Below, in pieces: positions 8,709-17,633 of a DNA stretch of 64,000 nt. The number at the start of each line of letters is the position of its first letter. Positions within the stretch are counted from its first letter, which is position 1. This DNA comes from an uncultured bacterium. Lineage in GTDB: Bacteria; Abyssobacteria; SURF-5. The stretch lies in contig CAZSKP010000006.1 of the NCBI GenBank assembly GCA_964607485.1, forward strand, positions 43,344-107,343, in the 5' to 3' direction. Under the pieces are notes generated by a model. That model searched no databases. It saw only the letters and a program-made list of their open reading frames with translations, and was not told the origin of the DNA. Position numbers and translations under genes: made by a program.

Positions 8709-9866
8709 GTGTTCAGGCAGTTACTCAACATCACACTCAAGGAGTTCGTCCAACTAAGGCGGGACAAGCGCATGTTTCCGCTGATATTGATAGCTCCCAT
8801 TCTGCAGATGCTCCTTTACGGATACGCGGCCACGTTCGACATTGAGAACATACCCACCGCCGTTTACGATTCCAGCCGCTCGGCCGAATCGCGTGAGTAC
8901 CTGCGCCGGTTCTTCAATTCACGCTATTTTCGACACGAGCTCTATACCGACAGCTACGCGGGGGTTCACTCGGCCCTGGACTCCGGCAGGGTGACCGCGG
9001 CGATAGTTATTCCCGGCGACTTCTCGAGTGACCTGAGGCGCGGTAGCGGCGCGAAGGTGCAGGTGCTGATTGACGGCACCAACTCGAACGAGGCGACTCT
9101 CGCGGCCAACTATGCGGCGAGGATATCGCAGAGATACTCGGTCGAGCAGTTGATGACTCAGGTAAGAATACTGGGAGGCGGCGAGATGCTCGACGCCGCT
9201 CAGCGCGCGGCCGAAGGAGGGATGCTCGTGGACGACCGCCTCCGCGTGCTGTACAACCCCAGCCTGCAGAGCCGCAACTTCATGGTGCCCGGCGTCATCG
9301 CGCTCATACTTCTCGTCATGACGTCCATAATGACGGCGATGAGCCTCGTCCGGGAAAAGGAAATCGGGACGATGGAACAGCTCATCGTCACCCCGCTCAA
9401 CCCTGTCGCCCTGATTCTGGGGAAACTCATTCCCTTCATCGGCATCGGGATGATAGACGTCGCCATCGTGCTGGTGGCGGCGGTGTTCTGGTTCGGGATA
9501 CCCATTCGGGGCAGCGTCCCGCTTCTTTTCGCTCTTTCCGGCCTGTTCCTTATCTCCACGCTTGGGTTCGGCCTGCTCGTCTCCACTTTTTGCCGGTCGC
9601 AGCAGCAGGCGATGATTACCGCATTTCTCGCCATACTTCCGATGATCCTTCTTTCCGGCTTCATCTTTCCCATCGCAAACATGCCCGTACCCATACAGTA
9701 TATGACCTACCTGATGCCAGTCCGGTACTTCTTGATTATCATTCGGGGGATAATCCTCAAGGGCATCGGCGCAGATGTGCTCGCGGCCCAGATATATCCC
9801 CTGGTGGCATTCGGAACCGCGATGGTGCTGATCTGTCTGGCTCGCTTCCGCAAACGAATTGAGTAG
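8709..9866 (+). CDS. ABC-2 type permease (YbhR-like)
   Basis: KEFVQLRRD, LYNPSL, VREKEIGTMEQL, LLSGFIFPIANMP. GTG start immediately follows the previous stop. Confidence 0.93.
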   Translation: MFRQLLNITLKEFVQLRRDKRMFPLILIAPILQMLLYGYAATFDIENIPTAVYDSSRSAESREYLRRFFNSRYFRHELYTDSYAGVHSALDSGRVTAAIVIPGDFSSDLRRGSGAKVQVLIDGTNSNEATLAANYAARISQRYSVEQLMTQVRILGGGEMLDAAQRAAEGGMLVDDRLRVLYNPSLQSRNFMVPGVIALILLVMTSIMTAMSLVREKEIGTMEQLIVTPLNPVALILGKLIPFIGIGMIDVAIVLVAAVFWFGIPIRGSVPLLFALSGLFLISTLGFGLLVSTFCRSQQQAMITAFLAILPMILLSGFIFPIANMPVPIQYMTYLMPVRYFLIIIRGIILKGIGADVLAAQIYPLVAFGTAMVLICLARFRKRIE

Positions 9867-9935
9867 ACGTTGCACTTGATGCGAGCGCCATGATAAAATT
9901 GGCCGACGGTTGCTAACGCTGAAAGGCGGTCCCGA

Positions 9936-10799
9936 TTGGCACCCCAACACAACTTCGCTCAGGCAAAAAGGGTCCTGCTCACCGTCCTGGTGCTCAACTG
10001 GCTGGTATCAGCCGTCAAGATAGTGGTCGGCTATCTCATCAATTCCGTCAGCATGACCGCCGACGGGTTCCACTCCCTCCTCGACGGAGCCTCGAACATC
10101 ATCGGACTGGTGGGGCTCACCATCGCCTCAAAAGATCGGGATGAGACCCACCCGTACGGCCACAAGAAGTACGAGACGTTCACGGCGGTGGGAATATCGC
10201 TGCTCTTGTTCGTCACGTGCTTCGAGGTCATCGAGCTTGCGGTGCGCCGCTGGCTGGAACCGAAACAAATCCACGTGACTGCCTTCAGCTTCGGCGTGAT
10301 GATAGTCACGATGTGCATCAACTTTCTCATCATGCGATACGAGAGCAGGAAAGGTCGCGAACTGCTCAGCGACGTGCTCATCGCCGACTCGGCCCACACC
10401 AAGAGCGACATCTACGTTTCGGCCTCCGTTATCGCGACGCTCGTTCTGGCGAAGGTCGGTTATCCGCGATTCGACGTTATCGTTGCCATAGGCATTGCGC
10501 TCGCCATTGGACGCGTGGGCTTTCTGATAATGAAGCGAAGCTCCAGGGCGCTTGTCGATACGATGGTGCTCGACAAATCGCGCATCGAGGAAATATGCGC
10601 GAGCATCGAGGGTATCGAAAAATGTCACAAGATACGCACGCGCGGCCGGGAGGACGACATCAATATCGACCTTCATGTCGTCGTTGACGAGGACATGCCC
10701 GTGCACGACGCCCACGCCCTTTCACACGAACTCGAGCAACGCCTTAAACAGCAAATCCCCGGCGTCACCGATGTGCAAATCCACATAGAACCCTTCTGA
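9936..10799 (+). CDS. Cation diffusion facilitator (CDF, FieF-like) metal efflux transporter
   Basis: ADGFHSLLD, HPYGHKKYE, ADSAHTKSD, C-terminal dimerisation domain ending IHIEP. Confidence 0.93.
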   Translation: MAPQHNFAQAKRVLLTVLVLNWLVSAVKIVVGYLINSVSMTADGFHSLLDGASNIIGLVGLTIASKDRDETHPYGHKKYETFTAVGISLLLFVTCFEVIELAVRRWLEPKQIHVTAFSFGVMIVTMCINFLIMRYESRKGRELLSDVLIADSAHTKSDIYVSASVIATLVLAKVGYPRFDVIVAIGIALAIGRVGFLIMKRSSRALVDTMVLDKSRIEEICASIEGIEKCHKIRTRGREDDINIDLHVVVDEDMPVHDAHALSHELEQRLKQQIPGVTDVQIHIEPF

Positions 10800-10896
10800 C
10801 TTTTCCGCAGAACTTTTGCTTGACAGAACCTCGGCCTTCTTGATTTAATCTGCCTAGAACATCTGCCGCACCTACTAACCATCACAAGGACGCCGG

Positions 10897-12903
10897 ATGA
10901 TGAATGATATGAGGGGGAGAAGCTCCTTCCTGAAAAAGCGCGGGGTGCAATTGGCGGCCATCTGTTGGCTGTTGTTGGCACTCGTTATCGTCTTGAACCG
11001 GGAAGACATTTGGGACTTTGTCCGCCCTTACTCTCCATTTGGCAGAATAGAATATACGCCTCCACCCGCGTTGGGGGACGCGGGCCCCGGCGCCGGGTAC
11101 CTTCGTCACCCTATCCGGGGAATTAAGTACGCACATCAGACGATGTTGGCGAAGCGACAGAGTGACAATGGCCCGATAAGGTTCACTATTGACGCCGAGA
11201 AAGGGGACGGTTTGGAGGTCGGGTTGGTCCGTCTCAGCGGACCGCGCCATAATTCCGGTGAATACGTTTTCAACGTTTACGAACTGCTGAAAGGAAAAAG
11301 GAAGAAGCTGCTCGAGACGTCGGGAGAATTTCCGGTGGATAAGTGGACGTTTTTTCGAATCAACAATGGTTTGGCAGGGCGAAACGACGGCACCACTGAA
11401 ATCCAATACACGATCAGACGCAAAGGATGGAAAGGGAAAATCGCGTCAATTTTTTCGAGGGGAAAAGAGGGCGACGGCCTCTATCAGAATTTCGCGTTCC
11501 TGAAGCCCAATCTATTAAACAAGAGGAAGCAGGGAGAGTTAAACGTCATCCTGATTTCATTCGATACACTCCGCGCCGATCACCTGGGTTGTTACGGATA
11601 TCCTCGCGACACGAGTCCCAACATCGATGACTTCGCCCGCAAGAGCGTTATGTTTTCGCAGGCGATAAGTCCGCAGCCGCAAACGATTCCCGCCCATCGC
11701 AGTTTGTTTACCGGGCTCTATCCAATGGCCCACGGGTACCAGGAGAAGGTGGGAGGGTGGGACGAGTTTATCGGAATATTCCGGCCCCTATACCCCCATG
11801 CGACGCTCGCCAGTGTCCTGAGGGACAACGGATATTACACGGCTGCGTTCACTGGCGGCGGAACCATATCCTCGGAGTTCGGGTTTGCAAGAGGCTTCAA
11901 CGTTTACGAGGAGTTTTGTAGCTTCGAACGGATCGATGATCCCAAGTTAATGGGAATAAGTCGCGACAACGATACGAAAAAAATATTCGACAACGCCATT
12001 CAATGGCTGAAGGAGAATTCCGACCTGAAGTTCTTCATGTTTGTCCACACATTCGAGTGTCACTCTCCCTATGAAGGTACTTACTTTCTTTCCGACGACT
12101 CAGCGAGCAGCCTTATCGAACAGAGAAAGGCGCTCTATGACGGGGACATCAGAATCGCGGATTCGCACTTCGGCAGACTCATGCAGGCAGTTGATTCGCT
12201 TAACCTCCTGTCGGACACGGTGATCTTGTTTGTGAGCGATCACGGCGACGACCTTTACGATCACTATCGGGAGAGCGACTGGATTCCGCCCATTCCCAAA
12301 GATCTTATCATTCCCCAAGTAAACCGAATCGACCACGGTCATTCGCTATATGATGAACTCATTCATGTTCCTCTAATCGTCTATATTCCCGGGATAGAGC
12401 CTCCGAAGCGCATCATCGGCAATCAGGTGCAGCTAACAGATGTGATGCCAACAATCCTTCAACTTCTCGGCATTGAATATGAAGGCCCTGTCAACGGAAC
12501 GAGCATATTGGAACTCATGATGACGGGCAGAAGAAATGAAGATCCTCCGGCTTTAGGCGAGTGCGGCATCACCGGAGAAAACCGAAAATCGATTCGAAAG
12601 GACGGATACAAATACATCTGGACCAAGGACCCGGCACGCGTGCCGCCGAGCGGCGTAACTCTGAGAAATCTCCACGAACACGAGCTCTTCAACTTGAAGA
12701 GCGACCCCAAGGAAAAGATCAATATCTATGATGAAAACAAGGAACTGGGCGCGGAATATGACAAAATTCTCAAGGAGCAGCTCGAGGCGACGGCGGCCCT
12801 CAAAAACAGGTTGCAGACAATGAATAAGCAGACCGACGAGGAATCAACCCGCTTGTCGGAGGACGTATATGACAGCGTTAAGGCTCTGGGATACCTGCAA
12901 TGA
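10897..12903 (+). CDS. Membrane-anchored sulfatase-like (alkaline phosphatase superfamily) hydrolase/transferase
   Basis: N-terminal TM, ILISFDTLRADHLGCYG, QTIPAHRSLFTG, HSPY, YDGDI, SDHGD, ELFNLKSDPKE, KALGYLQ. Exact start uncertain. Confidence 0.88.
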   Translation: MMNDMRGRSSFLKKRGVQLAAICWLLLALVIVLNREDIWDFVRPYSPFGRIEYTPPPALGDAGPGAGYLRHPIRGIKYAHQTMLAKRQSDNGPIRFTIDAEKGDGLEVGLVRLSGPRHNSGEYVFNVYELLKGKRKKLLETSGEFPVDKWTFFRINNGLAGRNDGTTEIQYTIRRKGWKGKIASIFSRGKEGDGLYQNFAFLKPNLLNKRKQGELNVILISFDTLRADHLGCYGYPRDTSPNIDDFARKSVMFSQAISPQPQTIPAHRSLFTGLYPMAHGYQEKVGGWDEFIGIFRPLYPHATLASVLRDNGYYTAAFTGGGTISSEFGFARGFNVYEEFCSFERIDDPKLMGISRDNDTKKIFDNAIQWLKENSDLKFFMFVHTFECHSPYEGTYFLSDDSASSLIEQRKALYDGDIRIADSHFGRLMQAVDSLNLLSDTVILFVSDHGDDLYDHYRESDWIPPIPKDLIIPQVNRIDHGHSLYDELIHVPLIVYIPGIEPPKRIIGNQVQLTDVMPTILQLLGIEYEGPVNGTSILELMMTGRRNEDPPALGECGITGENRKSIRKDGYKYIWTKDPARVPPSGVTLRNLHEHELFNLKSDPKEKINIYDENKELGAEYDKILKEQLEATAALKNRLQTMNKQTDEESTRLSEDVYDSVKALGYLQ

Positions 12904-12960
12904 TACGAAGCTGAGGTCAGGGAGACAGGCCCCATTTTCGCCGAGCCGCCGGCCAGTGCC

Positions 12961-13722
12961 TCACGCTGTCGAGCCGCCGTCGATGTTGACGATGGCGCCG
13001 GTGAGGTAGCTGGCGGCGTCGGACGCGAGGAATGTCGCAAGGCCGACGATTTCATCCGTCGTGGCGAGCCTGCCCAGCGGGATGTCGCGTACGACCTCGG
13101 CGTGCATCTCGGGGCTGCTCCAGATCGCCTCGCTGAATTTCGTCTCGACCATGCCGGGTGAGATGGCGTTCACGCGTATGCCCACACCGGCAAGCTCCTT
13201 GGCGAGCACCTTGGTGAGCATATCGACGCCTGCCTTGCTCACGCTGTATGCCCCGAGCAGCGGCGCAGCCTTCTGTCCGGCCACCGACGATACGTTTATG
13301 ATGACTCCGCTCCCCTGTCCCATCATGACCTGTCCCACGGCCTGTGCGAAGAGGAAGTAGCTCTTCAGGTTGGTGTTCATGATCTTGTCCCACCCATCCT
13401 CGCGTAGGTTCATGATGGGCGACATGATGCTGCGGGCGACGTTGTTCACGAGAATGTCTATCCGACCGAACTTCTCGAGCGCGGCGGAGACGAACCGTTC
13501 GATGTCCTCTCTCTTGCCCACGTCGGCCGCTGTCGCAAGTGCGCGCCGGCCGAGCTGTTCTATCTCGACCGCAACGGGTTCCACGTTCTCCGCCTTTCGG
13601 CTGCAGATGGCCACATCTGCGCCGGCCTGGGCAAACCCGAGCGCAATTGCCTTCCCGATTCCTCTGCTGGCTCCCGCCACGAGCGCTATCTTGCCGGTCA
13701 ACGCGAATCTATCAAGCGACAT
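12961..13722 (-). CDS. Short-chain dehydrogenase/reductase (DHRS4-like)
   Basis: GASRGIG, DILVNN, catalytic S...YSVSK, RVNAISPG. SD AAGGAG precedes ATG 13722. Confidence 0.93.
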   Translation of the reverse strand: MSLDRFALTGKIALVAGASRGIGKAIALGFAQAGADVAICSRKAENVEPVAVEIEQLGRRALATAADVGKREDIERFVSAALEKFGRIDILVNNVARSIMSPIMNLREDGWDKIMNTNLKSYFLFAQAVGQVMMGQGSGVIINVSSVAGQKAAPLLGAYSVSKAGVDMLTKVLAKELAGVGIRVNAISPGMVETKFSEAIWSSPEMHAEVVRDIPLGRLATTDEIVGLATFLASDAASYLTGAIVNIDGGSTA

Positions 13723-13935
13723 CGGCGCCTCTCCTTCCATCGGTTGATTCCATTTTCCTCTGAAAACTGCCAAATGATACCATCGACGCTTCAGCTTGTC
13801 AAACGGTTTTGGAGGAAGGAATCCGCCCCCCTTTCTCTTTCTGGGTTAGGAGAAAAAAAGAAAGAAAGTAGAGGAGCGACCTCGTCTTGTTTGAGACGCC
13901 GGCCGGGGAATTCTTAGGAGGGAGAGTCCAATTCT

Positions 13936-13968
13936 GTACATTTTTTGTCGAAACGACAACATTTGTCG
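13936..13968. promoter_or_regulatory. Putative enhancer (UAS) for a sigma54 activator
   Basis: Inverted repeat CGACAA-CAT-TTGTCG (13954-13968) and a related copy GTACATTTTTTGTCG 18 bp upstream, about 100-130 bp upstream of the -24/-12 motif. Confidence 0.55.
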
Positions 13969-14011
13969 GTTTCGCCATATGTTGAAGCATTGCTTGGTAT
14001 AAATAATGTTA

Positions 14012-14024
14012 TATCAATTGCTTA
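14012..14024 (+). promoter_or_regulatory. IHF binding site
   Basis: TATCAATTGCTTA matches WATCAANNNNTTR exactly and is preceded by an AT-rich tract. Confidence 0.65.
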
Positions 14025-14066
14025 AGCCAGAGTCGGCCGTGGTCGTATCCCCGCAAGCACACTATT

Positions 14067-14082
14067 TGGCACAGATAGTGCT
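14067..14082 (+). promoter_or_regulatory. sigma54 (-24/-12) promoter of the pilus operon
   Basis: TGGCACAGATAGTGCT, with GG-N10-GC spacing. Confidence 0.7.
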
Positions 14083-14323
14083 CGGTGCATGGAGAGAAAT
14101 CTGGAAGAGTCTCTGGTAAGAGCCTGAGTTTTCGATAGTTTTGGTAGGATTCGTATATTCCGAGTAACCGAAGAGTCGGTCGGCGGACCGCGAATCCAAT
14201 GTGTGTGTCTGCTAAGAAAAAGACAGTGGAATAGGGAAGGGGGGATGCGCGAGGCGATGCGCGGAGCAATTTCTGTTGTATTGTTCGTCTTCTGATTTCA
14301 GGAACTATAAGGGAGGGAAAAAG

Positions 14324-15013
14324 ATGCGTAAGAATGCAGGATTCACACTGATCGAGGTTATTGTAGCGGTGGGCATAGTGGCGATTCTTTCCGCCGCCGT
14401 GGCCGTCAGCGTGGTCAAGTATCTCAACGACGGCAGAATCGCGCGCGCCGCGAGCGACTCGCAGACCATCGGCACGGCCGTCATGGCCTTTATGAAGGAC
14501 ACAGGGAAGTGGCCGGTCAGCAATGACGGCAACATCAACGACGCGGGCGAAGTCAGCCGTCTCGTCGGCCTGGCAAGGGGCGACGTGGGCAATGCTGCAA
14601 TGATACCCGACGGCGCCGGCACCGCCGTGGGCGACGGCAACTGGGACGGCGGCGGCTCCGGCGGAACCGCGGCTGCCATGGAAGACATGCTGATCCTCAA
14701 CCAGGATGCCGACACGGTTCCGCTCTATGCCGTGAGCCAAACCGCTCCGGTCAGACAGGGCTGGAACGGTCCGTACATTGACAGCATTCCTCTGGATCCG
14801 TGGGGGAACCCCTACGTGTGCAACATCCGGTATGCTCCGGGCGGCAGTGTCGGTGGCGTGACTCCCGCCGAAGAGGCGACACATGCGGTGTTTGTGTTGT
14901 CAGCCGGTCCGAACGCTCTGTTCGAGACCTCCTTCGACGATGCCACCGCGCTGGGTAATGCCGGAGTCGGCGGAGACGACATCGGTTTTCTGGTTGCGGG
15001 CGCCACGCAGTAA
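14324..15013 (+). CDS. GspG-like major (pseudo)pilin 1
   Basis: MRKNAG/FTLIEVIV type IV signal, DTGKWP, GWNGPYI...LDPWGNPY, VLSAGPN, GDDI. Confidence 0.9.
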   Translation: MRKNAGFTLIEVIVAVGIVAILSAAVAVSVVKYLNDGRIARAASDSQTIGTAVMAFMKDTGKWPVSNDGNINDAGEVSRLVGLARGDVGNAAMIPDGAGTAVGDGNWDGGGSGGTAAAMEDMLILNQDADTVPLYAVSQTAPVRQGWNGPYIDSIPLDPWGNPYVCNIRYAPGGSVGGVTPAEEATHAVFVLSAGPNALFETSFDDATALGNAGVGGDDIGFLVAGATQ

Positions 15014-15035
15014 GCGTCGAACGAAGGTATCCGAA

Positions 15036-15650
15036 TTGAGAGAATCTCGCGGGTTCACGATCATCGAGGCAATTGTCGCTCTGGCTATCGTAGCGATCTT
15101 GTCGGGAGTAGTCACGGTTGCGGTCTTGAACTATTTGAATTCCGGCAAGATCGCGCGAGCGCAGAGTGATTGCGCCACGATAGCCAAGGCCATCCTCCAG
15201 TTTCGGGCTGATTGCGCATTCTGGCCGACGAGGACGAACGCCGCGGCGGCCGAAAATGTCGACTGCCTCATAACCGGAGGTCCGGGGACCGTGCCGCCGG
15301 GCGACGACTCGGTGGCTCCGGGTGCAAGCAACTGGGGAAGCTTCGGAGTCGTCGATACGATCTCCGACCAGTTGATTACGAATGCTCCCGTCTATTCGAC
15401 TACTGTGAATCCCCGGCTTCAGCCCGGATGGAACGGCCCGTACCTGAACGCCGATGTCCTGGACCCATGGGGAAACTCCTATATGGTCAACATCCGGTAC
15501 CTGAGGTCTAACGGGCCGGCCAACAGCGCGGCGCACAACGTGTTTGTGCTGTCCGCGGGAGCCAACGGAATCACTGAAACCGCGTATAACGACGGTGTCG
15601 TCGGGGAGGTCATTACGCTCGGAGACGACATAGGCTATCAGGTGCGATGA
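15036..15650 (+). CDS. GspG-like (pseudo)pilin 2, paralogue of pilin 1
   Basis: TTG start after GAAGGT gives MRESRG/FTIIEAIV; GWNGPYL...LDPWGNSY, VLSAGAN, GDDIG. Confidence 0.88.
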   Translation: MRESRGFTIIEAIVALAIVAILSGVVTVAVLNYLNSGKIARAQSDCATIAKAILQFRADCAFWPTRTNAAAAENVDCLITGGPGTVPPGDDSVAPGASNWGSFGVVDTISDQLITNAPVYSTTVNPRLQPGWNGPYLNADVLDPWGNSYMVNIRYLRSNGPANSAAHNVFVLSAGANGITETAYNDGVVGEVITLGDDIGYQVR

Positions 15651-15714
15651 ATGGGGGAGCATTAACTTCTGATTTCTCCCGTTCGTGTCGCTATAGCGGA
15701 AAGACAGACTGAAG

Positions 15715-17424
15715 ATGCGTGTCAAGAAGCAAATCGGCCAACTGTTGTTGGAACGACAGATTCTCACCCAGAGCCAGCTCGACCTGGCACTGAACGAGCA
15801 GAAACGCACGGGCGAGAAGCTGGGCAAGGTGCTGCACAATCTTGGTTTCATCACCGAAGACCTGCTCTCCTCCGTGCTTGCGTTTCAGTCGGGCGCGGAA
15901 CAGGTCGACCTCTCGCAGATCGAGCCCGAGCCTCGTTTGCTGACCCTCATTCCGAAGGAACTCGTCAAGGCGGAGCTGGTTTTCCCCATATCCCTTAAGG
16001 GAAGGCTCCTGACGCTCGCCATGGCGAATCCTTTCGACATCATGACGATAGACCATGTGGAGCAGAACACAGGCTTCAAGGTCAGGAGCGTGTGCGCCAC
16101 CGAGAGCGACATCATCAGGGCCATCGACGCGTATTACGAAGACAGCGCCAACATTGAACGCATAATTGAGGATTGCATAAAAGAGGCCGAAGATTTCACC
16201 CAGAATCTCAAAAGGGGGGAGAGCGATAATTCGGCGATAATCCGATTGGTCAACCACATTTTCATGAAGGCCGTTGCGGAAGGGGCGACGGACATTCACA
16301 TCGAGCCCGAAGAGAACGTCGTCAGGATGCGTTTTCGTATTGACGGCGTGCTGCAGCAGGGCGCGGCCCTTCCGAAGGTGCTTCAGATGCCAGTCGTCAC
16401 TCGCATAAAAATCATGTCCAACCTCAATATAGCGGAAAGCCGCCTGCCCCAGGACGGCAGGTACCTGTTTGAAATAGGAAAGAAGAGGGTCGATTGCAGG
16501 ATTTCCACGCTTCCCACCACCTACGGCGAGAACGTCGTTATCAGGGTTCTCGACAAATCGAAAATAACGCTGAATCTTAAAGAGCTTGGATTGTTGGACG
16601 AAAAGATGAAGCTTCTGAGTTCATCCTTTTTGAAACCATACGGAATGATACTCGTGACGGGCCCGACCGGCTCGGGGAAAACCACCACCCTCTACGCCAC
16701 GCTCTCGAAGATGAATTCCCTCGAGAAAAACATCCTCACGCTGGAGGACCCGGTGGAATACGACCTCCCCGTCATCCGGCAGACTCAGGTGAATCGGAAG
16801 GCCGGGTTGACCTTCGCCACCTGTCTCCGATCCGTCCTGAGACAGGACCCCGATGTGATTCTCATCGGCGAGACGCGCGACGCGGAAACCGCCGAGCTGT
16901 CGGTTCACGCCGCGCTCACGGGACACCTCGTGTTCTCGACCCTCCACACGAACAACGCCTCCGGCGCCATTCCGAGGTTGATTGAGATGGGAGTGAAACC
17001 CTATCTCTTGGCCTCGGCGCTGCTCTGCATTGTGGCCCAACGGCTGGTACGAAAAATCTGTCCCCACTGTAGGGTCGCCGACCATGAATATGACGAACAG
17101 CTCTCGAAACTGGGCATAACCGACCACGCCGGAACCCAGTTTTTCAAAGGACAGGGATGTGAGAATTGCTACCAAACAGGCTACAGAGGCCGAACGGGAG
17201 TGTTTGAGATACTGACCGTGAACGAAGAGGTCAGGCGCTTGATATTGCTTCAATCGGACAGCGAGACGATTCTGAAGGCGGCCAGGGCGAACGGAATGGC
17301 GACGATGCTGGAAGACGGAATCGACAAGGCCGCAGCCGGTTTGACCTCGTTGGCGGAAATAGTCCGGGTGTGTCCGACGGATGCGACGTATCTCGTGGAC
17401 GATCTTGTCATGGAGAAGGCATGA
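15715..17424 (+). CDS. GspE/PilB/MshE assembly ATPase with MshEN-like N-terminus
   Basis: ATDIHIEP, RLPQDG, Walker [31 protein letters not shown]...CENC. Confidence 0.95.
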   Translation: MRVKKQIGQLLLERQILTQSQLDLALNEQKRTGEKLGKVLHNLGFITEDLLSSVLAFQSGAEQVDLSQIEPEPRLLTLIPKELVKAELVFPISLKGRLLTLAMANPFDIMTIDHVEQNTGFKVRSVCATESDIIRAIDAYYEDSANIERIIEDCIKEAEDFTQNLKRGESDNSAIIRLVNHIFMKAVAEGATDIHIEPEENVVRMRFRIDGVLQQGAALPKVLQMPVVTRIKIMSNLNIAESRLPQDGRYLFEIGKKRVDCRISTLPTTYGENVVIRVLDKSKITLNLKELGLLDEKMKLLSSSFLKPYGMILVTGPTGSGKTTTLYATLSKMNSLEKNILTLEDPVEYDLPVIRQTQVNRKAGLTFATCLRSVLRQDPDVILIGETRDAETAELSVHAALTGHLVFSTLHTNNASGAIPRLIEMGVKPYLLASALLCIVAQRLVRKICPHCRVADHEYDEQLSKLGITDHAGTQFFKGQGCENCYQTGYRGRTGVFEILTVNEEVRRLILLQSDSETILKAARANGMATMLEDGIDKAAAGLTSLAEIVRVCPTDATYLVDDLVMEKA

Positions 17425-17453
17425 CCTCCTCCTGCTCGGAGGAGCTGACATTC

Positions 17454-17598
17454 GTCATTCTGAGCGTAGCGAAGAATCTCAAAGAATGCGGCAATTTCAG
17501 GCCAGGTATGAGATCCTTCACTTCGTTCAGGATGACGAGAATATGATGATGACGAGAATATGATGATGACGAGAATATGATGACGACGAGAATGTGAT
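17454..17598. repeat. GTCAT...ATGAC palindromic element followed by 4 x 17-bp tandem repeat
   Basis: GTCATTCTGAGCGTAGCGAAGAATCTC ... GAGATCCTTCACTTCGTTCAGGATGAC (17454-17536). GATGACGAGAATATGAT occurs at 17531, 17548, 17565, with a variant at 17582. Confidence 0.9.
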
Positions 17599-17633
17599 GC
17601 GTAGCAACATTGTGAGGAGATATTCGATTTCCG

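Noticed and set aside
10897-12903. Functional link between the sulfatase-like gene and the IslA-like GRE
   Set aside because: They are 16 kb apart in separate transcription units, and the enzyme lacks the formylglycine motif.
14090-14323. c-di-GMP (GEMM) riboswitch in the pilin leader
   Set aside because: The GGCAAAC...GAAA...GACGCAAA core was not found by eye; an Rfam scan would settle it.
17531-17598. 17-bp repeats as CRISPR or plasmid iterons
   Set aside because: No spacers, no rep gene, and the repeat derives from the end of the palindromic element.
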